This document shows, in pieces, positions 16,500 to 26,463 of a DNA stretch of 32,000 nt. Positions within the stretch are counted from its first letter, which is position 1; every line of letters starts with the position of its first letter. The stretch is from NCBI GenBank assembly GCA_028698185.1, contig JAQVDW010000016.1, positions 6,237 to 38,236 on the forward strand. Direction: 5' to 3'. The stretch comes from Erysipelotrichaceae bacterium. Lineage in GTDB: Bacteria; Bacillota_I; Bacilli_A; Erysipelotrichales; Coprobacillaceae. The notes below the pieces were generated by a model, which was not told where the DNA came from, searched no databases, and saw only the letters and a program-made list of their open reading frames with translations. Position numbers and translations under genes: made by a program.

Positions 16500-19187
16500 C
16501 TAATTGTTGCCGTTGCCGCGATTGTTGTTGGCAGCGGTGCTGACATAGACAATTATGTTTTTGGTGAACGAACCGTAGCTGTCGCTTTCGGTTATCGTCA
16601 CCGTATAGGTGTCTGGCGTCAATGAACTGACAATCAATTCGTTTGAAGTCGACGATCCCACAACCGTTCCGCTCGAATTGGTTATTTGCAGGATGAAAGT
16701 CGAATCGTCTGTCTGATTCTGGGTTTGGACGTTCAGGCTGTCGGAGGTTGTCGTTTCCCCGCTGGTGATCTTGTTGCTGTCGCCGTCACGGATCGTGTAA
16801 GTGATGTCGTCAGTGATCGGGGTGGATATCGCCAGGTTGACAGTCAGTGAGTTTGAGACGATGTCATTGTTGTTGGCGAACTTGTAGTATCCCACAACCT
16901 TGACATTTTCATTTACCACGTAATCGACAGTGGCGCTGTTTTGGGAGTATGTTCCACTGTAGACGACGGTGTTGGCGCTGTTGTAGACATCGACGCAGTA
17001 CAGCAACTCGCCATACGCCGAGACGACATCGGCAATCGAAGATGTGTCGTAGTTTGTGAAAGATACGTTGATCTTCTTGTCCGCGCTCAGTGTAGCAGAG
17101 AACGAATCCAGTCTTTGAATGGAGAAATTACTGGGAATGTAGTATTCGGTCGGTTGAGTGCCTTCCTTGAAGTAAGCTTCGATACCGTTGGTCGCCAGCT
17201 TGTATGGATACACTTCAGGTGCGATTTTCACTTTGATCACGCCATCAGGCTGGGCCGGATATGACTTGGCGCTTTCGTGCCGGGCCAGGTATTTTTGGAT
17301 CTGGCCGTTCACATAAGCCGATTTAGCCTTGTAGTCGGAAGTGTTTTTTCCTTGGAGGATACCCTCTTGCAGGAATCCCATCCAGATTGAAACGGTATAG
17401 TTAGGTGAAGCCGAGGTCATCCAGATGTCACGGGAAGTGTTTGGACGGACATTGGATTGGTCGCTTGACCAGTTTGAAGTTCCGGTCTTTGCAATGATGT
17501 TGCTCAAGCCGCTGAAATATCCATAAGAACTGTATCCGGTTCTAACGTATTCGAGCATGACTTGCCGGATGATATAGGCGCTTTGCGCGGAGATTGTCTG
17601 GTTGGCTTCCTGTTGGATCTGCTCATCGACATTGATCACATTGCCATTGGATTCTTGAATGTAGTTGATAGTGTGGCTTTCAACGTGGACTCCATTGTTG
17701 GCGATGGTCGCGTAGACGCTGCAAAGTTCGATTGGAGTGGTTCCATCAGGCCAGCCACCGATTGCATAAACCGGCGAGATGTCGGAAGGGTTGACCTCCG
17801 ACATGTCGATGCCCATGGCTTCGAGATTGTCATATACTTGCTGTCTTCCCACAGCGGCAATGACATCATCCAATGCCCAGATGGCAGAAAGGTTCCAAGA
17901 TTTCATGATCGCCTCAGGCATCAACACGGTACCATGTTGCTGGTTGTCCCAGTTCGATGGGTTCCATGAACCACCTTTGGTGTAGGTTGTGTCATTTGTC
18001 GGATGCTGCGAGCACCAGTCCAGGTATTCGATGGCATTGGCATATGAGATGACCGGCTTGAGGGAAGAACCGGGCTGTTGCTTGACATTTGCCAGGTTCA
18101 GGTCGCCGGTGAGGTAATCCCGGGAACCAATTGCGGCAACCAGGCGGCCATCGAGCGAGGATTGGACCGCTCCGGCCATTTCCATATCCTCATCGGAATA
18201 GTTGCTGTCGTTTGTCGCTTGCTTGTATACGAATTCTTGGATGTCGGCATCCAGGAACGTGTAGATGTTCATGGTCGTTTCCCGAGGATCGTTACCGGTG
18301 CGGTCAATCACTTCCTGGGTGACGATATCGATGTAGGCGTCAAGGTAAGAACCGTTGCCAAGGGTGTCGGGACGTTCGAGCATGTTTTCAACCTTCACCA
18401 GAAGGGCATTGTCGTATTCGGTTTGGGTGATATATCCATGCATTTTCATCAGCGACAGGATGGTGTTCCGTCTAGCGGTGGCCTGTTCGAGGTTGTTGTA
18501 TGGATCGTAACGGTAAGGCTTGTTGAGCGATCCCGCCAACAATGCGGCCTCAGGCAAGGTGAGTTCCTTGCAGCTCTTGTTGAAATAATATTTGCTGGCA
18601 GCTTCGATACCGATTGACGAAGTCGAATTGCCAAAGTAAATTTTGTTGAGATAGGCGGTTACTATTTCCTCTTTCGAGAGGGCCTGGGTCGCCTGATAAG
18701 CGAGGTACATTTCCCCCAATTTACGTTCGATTGTATCCTGCTCTTCGGGATAGAATGATTTTTTCATCAGCTGCTGGGTTATGGTCGAACCGCCCCCGAC
18801 AATCCCGCCGCCACCGATGAAAGAGACGACGTTAGACAGGGCTGCCACAAACAGACGAGGCAGGTCGAAGCCCGGGTTGACAAAAAAGCGCGAATCTTCG
18901 GCAGCGACAATCGCATCGATCATCACCTGCGGGATATCCTCGTAAGTGACGTTCTGGCGGGTACCGTCGGTATCTGATCCGTATGTATAGACAAGGTCGC
19001 CATTGGTGTCATATATCCGCGATGGCTCGCTGGATTCTATTGTCTCAATTTTAAATTCCGGAGCGTTGGCGATAACCTGGTAGCTGAACCATCCGACTCC
19101 CACAAATGTGATAACGACGACTGCGACCAAGGCAGTCATGGCAACTCTAAAAATATTTATCTTTGTTTTTCTTTTCTTTTTGGCCAT
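16500..19187 (-). CDS. ponA: Class A penicillin-binding protein (PBP1A; glycosyltransferase + transpeptidase) with long C-terminal extension
   Basis: N-terminal TM anchor. GT51 motifs EDSRFF, GGSTITQQL and RKLGEMYLA. Transpeptidase motifs SSLKP (SxxK), SWN (SxN) and KTGTS. GGAGG SD embedded in the end of recU. Confidence 0.95.
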   Translation of the reverse strand: MAKKKRKTKINIFRVAMTALVAVVVITFVGVGWFSYQVIANAPEFKIETIESSEPSRIYDTNGDLVYTYGSDTDGTRQNVTYEDIPQVMIDAIVAAEDSRFFVNPGFDLPRLFVAALSNVVSFIGGGGIVGGGSTITQQLMKKSFYPEEQDTIERKLGEMYLAYQATQALSKEEIVTAYLNKIYFGNSTSSIGIEAASKYYFNKSCKELTLPEAALLAGSLNKPYRYDPYNNLEQATARRNTILSLMKMHGYITQTEYDNALLVKVENMLERPDTLGNGSYLDAYIDIVTQEVIDRTGNDPRETTMNIYTFLDADIQEFVYKQATNDSNYSDEDMEMAGAVQSSLDGRLVAAIGSRDYLTGDLNLANVKQQPGSSLKPVISYANAIEYLDWCSQHPTNDTTYTKGGSWNPSNWDNQQHGTVLMPEAIMKSWNLSAIWALDDVIAAVGRQQVYDNLEAMGIDMSEVNPSDISPVYAIGGWPDGTTPIELCSVYATIANNGVHVESHTINYIQESNGNVINVDEQIQQEANQTISAQSAYIIRQVMLEYVRTGYSSYGYFSGLSNIIAKTGTSNWSSDQSNVRPNTSRDIWMTSASPNYTVSIWMGFLQEGILQGKNTSDYKAKSAYVNGQIQKYLARHESAKSYPAQPDGVIKVKIAPEVYPYKLATNGIEAYFKEGTQPTEYYIPSNFSIQRLDSFSATLSADKKINVSFTNYDTSSIADVVSAYGELLYCVDVYNSANTVVYSGTYSQNSATVDYVVNENVKVVGYYKFANNNDIVSNSLTVNLAISTPITDDITYTIRDGDSNKITSGETTTSDSLNVQTQNQTDDSTFILQITNSSGTVVGSSTSNELIVSSLTPDTYTVTITESDSYGSFTKNIIVYVSTAANNNRGNGNN

Positions 19188-19188
19188 A

Positions 19189-19767
19189 TTAAACCTCCAT
19201 GTAGATAGCTTCTACCGCTTTTAAGTAATCCAGTCTGGGCTGGTATCCCTGGGTGATCAAAAATCCCTTTTCTGTGATTTCCTGATAGGTGATGTGTTTT
19301 ATCGGTGAGTTGAGATATTTGTCAATCATGTAGCTCCCGTCGACTAGATAAACTTCGTCATATCTGGTAAAAGCAATTATGATAAAGCCGATTCCGCCGT
19401 GTTCGATGATCTGACGCAGATGTTCAATTTGATGCGGGTGAATATTGGTGAAGGGGAATGCATCCTTTTGCGTTTCCTTGGCTTCAAAATCGATGTAGCG
19501 GCCTTTGTATACCCCATTGTAGTCGGTTGTCGACCTTCTTTGAAAGTAGCCTTCGACAATCTTGGCAGCGGCCCGTTTCGGGTAGTCAACCTTGACGATT
19601 TGGATGGGAGTGGGTTTTTTATGAATCACTGCCAGATTGGAGCTAAGATAGAACTGGTTGGCGAGATTTATATCTTCCTCCAGGCTCATGCCCCGATAGG
19701 CGGTGTTTATCTTCCCCGATTGCTTGCTGGCCGGATTTGCCTTCCGTCCGTTGGGATAGTTTACCAT
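19189..19767 (-). CDS. recU: Holliday junction resolvase RecU
   Basis: Motifs AVIHKKPTPIQIV and RYIDFEAKET. Forms the conserved recU-ponA operon. Start moved to the ATG at 19767 (MVNYPNGRK), preceded by AGGAGG (reverse complement of 19774-19779). Confidence 0.9.
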   Translation of the reverse strand: MVNYPNGRKANPASKQSGKINTAYRGMSLEEDINLANQFYLSSNLAVIHKKPTPIQIVKVDYPKRAAAKIVEGYFQRRSTTDYNGVYKGRYIDFEAKETQKDAFPFTNIHPHQIEHLRQIIEHGGIGFIIIAFTRYDEVYLVDGSYMIDKYLNSPIKHITYQEITEKGFLITQGYQPRLDYLKAVEAIYMEV

Positions 19768-19922
19768 TAAAAACCTCCTTCGATTATACATTATTAGTTT
19801 GATTTTGTCATTATAATTTGACCTAATTCATTATACACTATCTTGTTTGGAAAATAAAGATGACATGAATATCAAAAAGTGGTAGTATTGAGTTAGAAGA
19901 ACTTATATAAAGGGGTAAAGTT

Positions 19923-20258
19923 ATGGAGAAAAAAATTCAGCTGACACCTAAAAAAATCGAAAACAAGGAATTCAAAATCGATTTTAAAGGATACAATGCC
20001 GACGAAGTGGATTTGTTTTTGGATGTGGTCATGGAAGATTACGAGCGTTTTGCGAGTCTGCTTTCCAAAGCCTTTGAAGAAATTGACGGTTATAAAAACC
20101 AAATCCAGGAACTCAATGAAAAAATTGAACGTTTGGAAATGGAAAAGGCCCTTCAAGCCAAGAATATCGCGGTTATGGAAGAAAATGCCAACACTAATGT
20201 CGATATTTTGAAACGGTTGTCACTGTTGGAAAAAGCTGTTTTTTTCAACGAAAAATAG
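19923..20258 (+). CDS. gpsB: Cell-cycle protein GpsB (DivIVA-domain)
   Basis: LTPKKIENKEFKIDFKGYNADEVDLFLDVVMEDYE is the GpsB/DivIVA N-terminal signature, followed by a coiled-coil C-terminus. Lies adjacent to recU and rnpB, as in B. subtilis. Confidence 0.9.
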   Translation: MEKKIQLTPKKIENKEFKIDFKGYNADEVDLFLDVVMEDYERFASLLSKAFEEIDGYKNQIQELNEKIERLEMEKALQAKNIAVMEENANTNVDILKRLSLLEKAVFFNEK

Positions 20259-20286
20259 TTGCAATATTATCCAGATTTGATATGAT
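20259..20286 (+). promoter_or_regulatory. Sigma-A promoter of rnpB
   Basis: TTGCAA (20259-20264), 16-nt spacer, TGaTATGAT extended -10 (ending at 20286). Confidence 0.6.
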
Positions 20287-20289
20287 GGT

Positions 20290-20629
20290 ATTGCTCATTG
20301 GATGATTGCTGCTTGAAAAAGTAGAGGAAAGTCCAGGCTTCCACAGGCTGCGATGCCTGTAGTGTTTGTACTGCACGAATAAATAAGTGCAGGTAGTCGC
20401 AAGACTAACGACATGGCGAATACCTAAGGGCAACTATGGTAATCAGCCTTTAAAGTGCCACAGAAACTATTCTTGTTTGAAAAGACAAGCTGAAAAGAGG
20501 TAAACTCTGCAAGGAAGAAACCCAAATTTGGTAGGGGAATTGGTCCTAGAGAACTGAATCGAGGACCAGACGGTATCACCGTAGATAAATAATCATCTAA
20601 AACAGAACTTGGCTTACTAATGAGCATTA
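20290..20629 (+). ncRNA. rnpB: RNase P RNA, bacterial type B
   Basis: Universal CR-I motif GAGGAAAGUCCAGGC (about 20323-20337) and CR-V-like AACAGAACUUGGCUUA (about 20600-20616). P1 pairs tgctcatt (20292-20299) with aatgagca (20619-20626). P2 pairs ggatgatt with aatcatct. No ORF explains this region, and synteny with gpsB supports the call. End coordinates are accurate to a few nt. Confidence 0.93.
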
Positions 20630-20633
20630 ATAT

Positions 20634-20664
20634 AGTTATCTTTCAAGAGGTAACTTTTTATTTT
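20634..20664 (+). terminator. Intrinsic terminator after rnpB
   Basis: agttatctt-tcaa-gaggtaact forms a 9 bp stem including G-U pairs, followed by ttttatttt. Confidence 0.6.
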
Positions 20665-20777
20665 GGAAAAAAATATTTGATGGATTAAAGAAAAATTGCG
20701 ATAGGACCTGTTTATTATCCTTTTAATAACGAATGTTTTTTGTTATAATGGTAGGGATTTTAAAGGTGGAGGATTAT

Positions 20778-21773
20778 ATGATTGAGACAATTGGAGCTAC
20801 ATTGAAGCAAGCCCGATTAGAAAACGGATTGACGATCGATGAAGTAAGCAAGATAACACACATTTCAAAGACAATCATCTCGGATATTGAAGCTGAAAAG
20901 TTTGAAAAATATCACCGGGATGAACTATATATAAAAAATTATATCAAAAGGCTGGCAGTCTATTACCGGCTTGATGAACAGGAGTTGCTCAATTCTTACC
21001 TTGATATTACCCAGGAAATATCCCTGAGTGAAGTCAAAAAGAAGAAAGAGGAAAAAGACATTAAGCGGGAAAAGGAAAGCGAAAACAGCACCATTTCATC
21101 CAATATCAACGATACCCTGGCCGAGATGAAAAAGGTGTCAACAATAAAAAAACAGAAACGCAATCGCCGCGTCTACCGCAATAACCATATCCGGGACAAT
21201 ATCCGATACATTGTCATCGCGGCCGTTGTTGTCGTGTTGATAGTTGCCCTTTTCTATGGAATCACGAAGCTTTCCTCAAAATCGGCAGATACCAATTTCA
21301 ATAATGTCGCGACACCGGTAATCGAGGACAATACCGATACTGCCGCGACAACCGACGATGGTGCGGTGGTCGACCAGACCGAAACTCCCGAAGAGATCCC
21401 GGCTCAAGAACCGACGGTTGAATATGTGAAAAACAGTCCGTTGAATTACTCAATCAAGCTTCCGGAAGGAACGGAGAAATTCACCTTCAAGGTCGTTTTT
21501 GTGGGCCGGACATGGGCGGCTTTAAGTGTCAATGGTGTAAATTACAGCGACTTCGCCCAGACAATCTACAACAATGACAACACCAGCAATGATCTAAGTG
21601 ATGAAGGCGAACCGGTGGAGATCACTTTCAATACGGCCGATTTCAACGAGCTAAGCCTGCGACTTGGCTACTCTCAAGGGCATAAGTTCTATGTCAATGA
21701 CGTCGAATTGCCTACCGATCAGTCGGATTACAACGACTCAACTGCTAACTTTATCTTAACTTTGGAGAAATAA
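20778..21773 (+). CDS. rodZ: Cytoskeleton/morphogenesis protein RodZ (HTH-TM-DUF4115 architecture)
   Basis: Start at the ATG at 20778, after SD AAAGGTGGAGG. Architecture: N-terminal XRE-type HTH (LTIDEVSKITHISKTIISDIE), a charged linker, one TM helix (IVIAAVVVVLIVALFYGI) and a C-terminal beta domain. Lies upstream of pgsA, as ymfM does in B. subtilis. Confidence 0.8.
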   Translation: MIETIGATLKQARLENGLTIDEVSKITHISKTIISDIEAEKFEKYHRDELYIKNYIKRLAVYYRLDEQELLNSYLDITQEISLSEVKKKKEEKDIKREKESENSTISSNINDTLAEMKKVSTIKKQKRNRRVYRNNHIRDNIRYIVIAAVVVVLIVALFYGITKLSSKSADTNFNNVATPVIEDNTDTAATTDDGAVVDQTETPEEIPAQEPTVEYVKNSPLNYSIKLPEGTEKFTFKVVFVGRTWAALSVNGVNYSDFAQTIYNNDNTSNDLSDEGEPVEITFNTADFNELSLRLGYSQGHKFYVNDVELPTDQSDYNDSTANFILTLEK

Positions 21774-21774
21774 A

Positions 21775-22356
21775 ATGAATTTACCGAACAAACTAACACT
21801 GCTTAGAATCGCGATGATTCCTTTGATTGTGGCGATTTACTATTCACCCCTTCGCAATCTTGAGGGCTACAGCGTCCTCAACAGCACGATCAGCCTTGTC
21901 GATATCCTGGTCCTGGTGATTTTTGCCCTGGCATCTTTCACGGACTATCTCGATGGCATGATCGCCCGACGTGACAACCTGATCACTACTTTTGGCAAGT
22001 TCGCCGATCCGATTGCCGACAAGCTTCTGGTCAATACTCTTTTGTTGCTTCTGGCTGGCGAACAGACAATCCCGATCATCGTGCCGATCATAATGATCAG
22101 CCGCGACATGATTGTCGACGCTATCCGTCTGGTTAGTTCGTCAAACAACCGCGTCATTGCGGCAAGCTACTGGGGCAAACTCAAAACCGTGACCCAGATG
22201 GTGGCGATTATCATGCTGCTGTTGCGCAACATTCCTTTCTCGCTTCTAGGTGTCAGGGTCGACCTGGTTATGATCATGGTGGCAACCGCTGTCTCGTTGA
22301 TTAGCGGGATTGACTACTTTGTCAAGAATCGGGACATCATCCTGGAGTCGATCTGA
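21775..22356 (+). CDS. pgsA: CDP-diacylglycerol--glycerol-3-phosphate 3-phosphatidyltransferase
   Basis: CDP-alcohol phosphatidyltransferase motif DYLDGMIARR...GKFADPIADK. Multi-TM protein. Confidence 0.93.
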   Translation: MNLPNKLTLLRIAMIPLIVAIYYSPLRNLEGYSVLNSTISLVDILVLVIFALASFTDYLDGMIARRDNLITTFGKFADPIADKLLVNTLLLLLAGEQTIPIIVPIIMISRDMIVDAIRLVSSSNNRVIAASYWGKLKTVTQMVAIIMLLLRNIPFSLLGVRVDLVMIMVATAVSLISGIDYFVKNRDIILESI

Positions 22357-22808
22357 TGGAAGAATTGGCTAAATTGCTTATTGCCAGAAATATTTCCATC
22401 GCTTCAGTCGAATCGTTCACTGTCGGCAACTTTGGTGCGAGCCTGGGAATGGTTCCGGGGGTTTCCAAGATTTACAAGGGGACCCTGGTTTGCTATCAAA
22501 ACGAAATCAAGGAAAGGCTGGCTGGTATCGACAAAGCCACAATATCCAAATATGGCGTTGTGTCCAAGGAAGTGGCTGGCTTGATGGCAATCAGCGGGCA
22601 GAACCTTTTTGACAGCGATATCGCTGTGAGCTTTACCGGCAATGCCGGGCCCGATGTAATGGAGGACAAAGAGGCCGGTCTTGTCTATGTGGGAATCAAG
22701 ATGGAACAAGTAAGTGTCTATGAATTGAAGCTTGAAGGAGACCGGGCGACGGTAATCTTCCAGGCGGTCGATTTTGCAGTTAGAAAGATACTGGAAAATA
22801 TAAAGTAA
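22356..22808 (+). CDS. CinA C-terminal-domain protein (PncC-type nicotinamide-nucleotide amidohydrolase), stand-alone
   Basis: Motifs SVESFTVGN and FTGNAGP. Only 150 aa, so the MoCF/CinA N-terminal domain is missing. Start overlaps the pgsA stop (TGATG). Confidence 0.85.
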   Translation: MEELAKLLIARNISIASVESFTVGNFGASLGMVPGVSKIYKGTLVCYQNEIKERLAGIDKATISKYGVVSKEVAGLMAISGQNLFDSDIAVSFTGNAGPDVMEDKEAGLVYVGIKMEQVSVYELKLEGDRATVIFQAVDFAVRKILENIK

Positions 22809-22849
22809 ATCTTATTGCATCAAGGTAAGTACTTTTAGGAGGCGCTATC

Positions 22850-23869
22850 ATGGTAAAAAAAAGCGATATTATTAACGAAGATAAAGAAAAAGCATTGAAT
22901 GAAGCGATTAAACAGTTGGAAAAGCAATATGGCAAGGGGGCGGTAATGCGCCTGGGTGAAAGAACCAGTGTCGAAGTCGATGTGATACCTTCGGGCTCGC
23001 TGACGCTTGATATTGCCTTAGGCATCGGCGGTTATCCCAAAGGGCGGATCGTCGAAATTTACGGTCCGGAATCTTCGGGGAAGACAACCCTGACGCTTCA
23101 TGCCATCGCGGAAGTCCAAAAGCAAGGTGGCCGGGCGGCATTTATCGATGCGGAACATGCAATCGATCCGGTTTATGCGCGCAACCTTGGTGTGAATATT
23201 GACGAACTGATCCTGGCCCAGCCTGACAGCGGGGAGCAGGGGCTGGAAATTGCCGAAACGCTTGTCCGCTCGGGGGCGATCGATTTGGTGGTCGTGGATT
23301 CGGTGGCCGCACTCGTGCCCCAGGTCGAAATCGACGGTGAAATGGGTGACAGCCAGATGGGGCTGCAGGCCAGGCTGATGTCCAAAGCCTTGCGAAAACT
23401 CTCGCCCGTGATAAACAAATCGGAATGCACGATCATCTTCATCAACCAACTCCGTGAAAAAATCGGGGTGATGTTCGGCAATCCGGAAACGACCACTGGC
23501 GGACGCGCCTTGAAGTTCTATTCTTCAATCAGGATTGAAATCCGCCGCTCCGAAGCGATCAAACAAGGAATGGATGTTGTGGGAAACAAGGTCAATATCA
23601 AAGTGGTAAAAAACAAGGTTTCACCACCTTTCAAAGCGACGCAGGTCGACATCATTTATGGCAAGGGGATATGCCGCACCGGTGAGGTTCTGGATCTGGC
23701 GGTGACCAAGGATATCGTCGACAAGGCCGGCGCCTGGTATGCCTACAACGGCGATAAAATCGGACAGGGACGGGAAAATTCGAAAACTTTCCTCGATGCC
23801 CATCCGGAGATTATGGCCGAGATCACCGAAAAGATTTTAGCAAGTTTAAAACAGGAAAAAGCCCAATAA
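22850..23869 (+). CDS. recA: Recombinase RecA
   Basis: Walker A motif [16 protein letters not shown], and L1/L2 loop regions. AGGAGG SD. Confidence 0.98.
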   Translation: MVKKSDIINEDKEKALNEAIKQLEKQYGKGAVMRLGERTSVEVDVIPSGSLTLDIALGIGGYPKGRIVEIYGPESSGKTTLTLHAIAEVQKQGGRAAFIDAEHAIDPVYARNLGVNIDELILAQPDSGEQGLEIAETLVRSGAIDLVVVDSVAALVPQVEIDGEMGDSQMGLQARLMSKALRKLSPVINKSECTIIFINQLREKIGVMFGNPETTTGGRALKFYSSIRIEIRRSEAIKQGMDVVGNKVNIKVVKNKVSPPFKATQVDIIYGKGICRTGEVLDLAVTKDIVDKAGAWYAYNGDKIGQGRENSKTFLDAHPEIMAEITEKILASLKQEKAQ

Positions 23870-23874
23870 TGATC

Positions 23875-23913
23875 AAACCAGTCCGCCATAATAAAAGCGC
23901 GGACTGGTTTTTG
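23875..23913 (+). terminator. Intrinsic terminator after recA
   Basis: 12-bp stem: aaaccagtccgc (23875-23886) pairs with gcggactggttt (23899-23910). A T-run follows. Confidence 0.85.
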
Positions 23914-23949
23914 TTATGTCGGAAGCACTTACAAAGTATTTAGATTGTA

Positions 23950-23978
23950 TTGTACATTTTCTAAAAATTTGGTATAAT
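23950..23978 (+). promoter_or_regulatory. Sigma-A promoter of rny
   Basis: TTGTAC (23950-23955), 17-nt spacer, TATAAT (23973-23978). Confidence 0.65.
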
Positions 23979-24020
23979 GTAAAAGTGTTTAACAACACAT
24001 CAGAAAAATAGGAGGCAGTT

Positions 24021-25577
24021 ATGCAAGGTATAGACTTTATAACTATCATTTCCTATGTTCTAGCAGTTTCAATTGGTTATTTGATTTATTATATCCAGGA
24101 TAAGATGCGAATAACCAAAGCAAAAGCTAATGCCCAAAAAATAATTGAAGATGCTCAACGCAAGGCGGAAAACATTATCAAAGAAGCCAGCGTTGATGCC
24201 AAAAGCCAGGTTTATGAATTGAAGCTGGCTGCCGAAAAAGAAATAAAAGAGAGTAAAGGCGAAATAGCTAAACTTGAAAAAGATTTACGTCAACGAGAAA
24301 AAGGTATTGAAAAACGTGATGCCCAATTGATGGGCAAAGAAGAATCGATGACCCGCCGCGTCAGCCAGTTGGACAAGCGTGAGCAGGGCTTGGAGGTTCT
24401 GGAAACCAGACTTCAGGAAAAAATAGATGCGAAGATTGTCGAGCTTGAGAAAGTGGCGGCGATGACTGCATCGGAAGCAAAAGAAGCGCTGTTCAGACAG
24501 GTGGAACAGGAAACCGCCAAAGAAATGACAGCCTACATCAAGGAACAGGAAGAAGAAGCACTGAACAAGGCCAATTTGAAGGCCAGAGAAGTGATCGCCA
24601 ATGCATTGGACCGATATGCCCAAGAAATGGTGGTTGAGCGCACTGTTGCAACGGTCGCCTTGCCATCGGAAGAAATGAAGGGGCGCATTATCGGCCGCGA
24701 AGGTCGCAACATCAAAGCGATCGAACAGGCTACCGGAGCTGATCTGATTATCGATGACACTCCAGAGGCAATCACAATTTCTTGTTTCGATCCTATCCGC
24801 CGCGAAGTGGCACGTTTATCATTGGAAAAACTGATCAAGGATGGCCGGATCCAGCCAGGAAGAATTGAGGAAGTAGTTTCTAAAACACAAAAGGAACTAG
24901 ATGATGTAATTCGCCAGGCCGGGGATGATGCCGTGTTTGAACTGGGAATCTCAAAAATTGACAAAGAAATCATCAAGACTATTGGTAAGTTGAAGTACCG
25001 GACAAGTTATGGCCAAAACGCCTTGGCCCATTCACTTGAAGTTGCCCATTTATCTGGAATAATGGCTGCCGAATTGGGACTCAACCAACAGTTAGCTAAA
25101 AGAGCCGGGCTGTTACACGATATTGGTAAAGGTCTTGACCATGAAATGGAAGGAAGTCATGTTGAATTAGGATATAAATTCGCCAAAAAACACGGTGAAA
25201 AGGATATTGTCTTAAATGCGATCGAATCTCATCATGGTGACACTCAAGCTACCTCTATTATTTCAATTATTGTTGGTGCTGCAGACACTTTAAGTGCCGC
25301 TAGACCAGGAGCTCGTAGTGAAACGATTGAAAACTACATTCAACGTTTGGAAAAATTGGAAAAAATCGCAAGTGATTTTGAAGGAGTCGAACGCGTCTTT
25401 GCCATCCAGGCTGGCCGTGAAGTTCGCATCATCGTCAAACCCGACCGGGTCGATGATCTCAAGGCTCATCAGATCGCCCGCGAAGTAAAGAAAAAAATCG
25501 AAGATGAACTTACTTACCCAGGCCAAATCAAGGTTACGGTAATTCGGGAAATTCGTGCTAATGAAATAGCTAAATAA
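24021..25577 (+). CDS. rny: Ribonuclease Y
   Basis: N-terminal TM helix, a coiled-coil region, a KH domain ([15 protein letters not shown]) and an HD domain (LLHDIGK...HH). Confidence 0.97.
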   Translation: MQGIDFITIISYVLAVSIGYLIYYIQDKMRITKAKANAQKIIEDAQRKAENIIKEASVDAKSQVYELKLAAEKEIKESKGEIAKLEKDLRQREKGIEKRDAQLMGKEESMTRRVSQLDKREQGLEVLETRLQEKIDAKIVELEKVAAMTASEAKEALFRQVEQETAKEMTAYIKEQEEEALNKANLKAREVIANALDRYAQEMVVERTVATVALPSEEMKGRIIGREGRNIKAIEQATGADLIIDDTPEAITISCFDPIRREVARLSLEKLIKDGRIQPGRIEEVVSKTQKELDDVIRQAGDDAVFELGISKIDKEIIKTIGKLKYRTSYGQNALAHSLEVAHLSGIMAAELGLNQQLAKRAGLLHDIGKGLDHEMEGSHVELGYKFAKKHGEKDIVLNAIESHHGDTQATSIISIIVGAADTLSAARPGARSETIENYIQRLEKLEKIASDFEGVERVFAIQAGREVRIIVKPDRVDDLKAHQIAREVKKKIEDELTYPGQIKVTVIREIRANEIAK

Positions 25578-25601
25578 GATAGGGGAATCCCCCTATCTTT
25601 T
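25578..25601 (+). terminator. Intrinsic terminator / attenuator between rny and ymdB
   Basis: gatagggg-aatc-cccctatc stem-loop followed by TTTT. The ymdB SD begins about 10 nt later. Confidence 0.6.
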
Positions 25602-25618
25602 AATTATTTGGAGGTAAT

Positions 25619-26395
25619 ATGAAAATACTGTTTATAGGTGATATCTTTGGTTCGATTGGCCGGGAAATGGTCGATGACTATCTCCATCGAATTAAGAACA
25701 AGTATCAGATCGATTTTGTCATCGCGAATTGCGAAAATGCGACCCATGGCCGGGGCATGAGCAAAAAGCATTATGATGAACTGTCGTTTGTGGGCGTCGA
25801 TTGCATGACCATGGGAAACCACACCTTCGACAACCGTGAGCTTTACGATTACATCGACGAGGCGGATCGTCTCGTGGTCCCTTTCAATCAGCCAAAAGTG
25901 TTGCCGGGAGTCGGAAGTCGGGTTTTCAATGTCAAAGGCACCAAAATCCGAGTGACAAACTGCCTGGGCTGTGTTTACATGGACTACCGCAATGCGAATC
26001 CTTATGATGAAATCGACAAATATCTTGACATGGAATGCGATATCCATATAATAGATTTTCATGGTGAGGCAACAAGCGAAAAAATCACCTTCGCATCATA
26101 CTGTTCTGGCAAGGCCAATGCAATAATCGGCACCCATACCCATGTGCAAACGGCCGATGAGCGGGTGTTGCGCGATGTCGCGTTCATTTCCGATGTCGGA
26201 ATGACCGGACCGTATGAATCGTCAATCGGCATCGATCTTGATCTGGCTGCGGCAAGGATGCGCGGATTGAACCAGAAGTTCGCCGTGGCCGAGTCTTCGG
26301 GGCAACTGTGCGCGGTTGTGATCGAGATTGAAGACGGCAAGACAAAGGGGATTGGAAGAATTTTGATCAATGACGATCATCCTTTTGAATCATAA
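25619..26395 (+). CDS. ymdB: YmdB-family metallophosphoesterase (2',3'-cyclic-nucleotide 2'-phosphodiesterase)
   Basis: Calcineurin-like motifs ILFIGDIFG, ANCENATHGRG, GNH and DFHGE..GTHTHV. Lies downstream of rny, as in B. subtilis. Confidence 0.92.
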   Translation: MKILFIGDIFGSIGREMVDDYLHRIKNKYQIDFVIANCENATHGRGMSKKHYDELSFVGVDCMTMGNHTFDNRELYDYIDEADRLVVPFNQPKVLPGVGSRVFNVKGTKIRVTNCLGCVYMDYRNANPYDEIDKYLDMECDIHIIDFHGEATSEKITFASYCSGKANAIIGTHTHVQTADERVLRDVAFISDVGMTGPYESSIGIDLDLAAARMRGLNQKFAVAESSGQLCAVVIEIEDGKTKGIGRILINDDHPFES

Positions 26396-26405
26396 GTGAA
26401 TTGTG

Positions 26406-26434
26406 TTGCAATTTAGATGATAATTTATTAAAAT
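26406..26434 (+). promoter_or_regulatory. Candidate sigma-A promoter of the amino-acid ABC transporter operon
   Basis: TTGCAA (26406-26411), 17-nt spacer, TAAAAT (26429-26434). Confidence 0.5.
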
Positions 26435-26463
26435 TAACTATATTTAGGAAAGAGGTAGGAGAA

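Noticed and set aside
14882-16552. Two long minus-strand ORFs (14882..15703, 273 aa; 15788..16552, 254 aa) opposite the tseB-like, dnaD and nth genes.
   Set aside because: These are shadow ORFs. The plus-strand genes carry diagnostic motifs (the DnaD repeat; the HhH and Fe-S cluster of Nth). The antisense products are Ser/Leu/Ile/Phe-rich with no motifs or SD.
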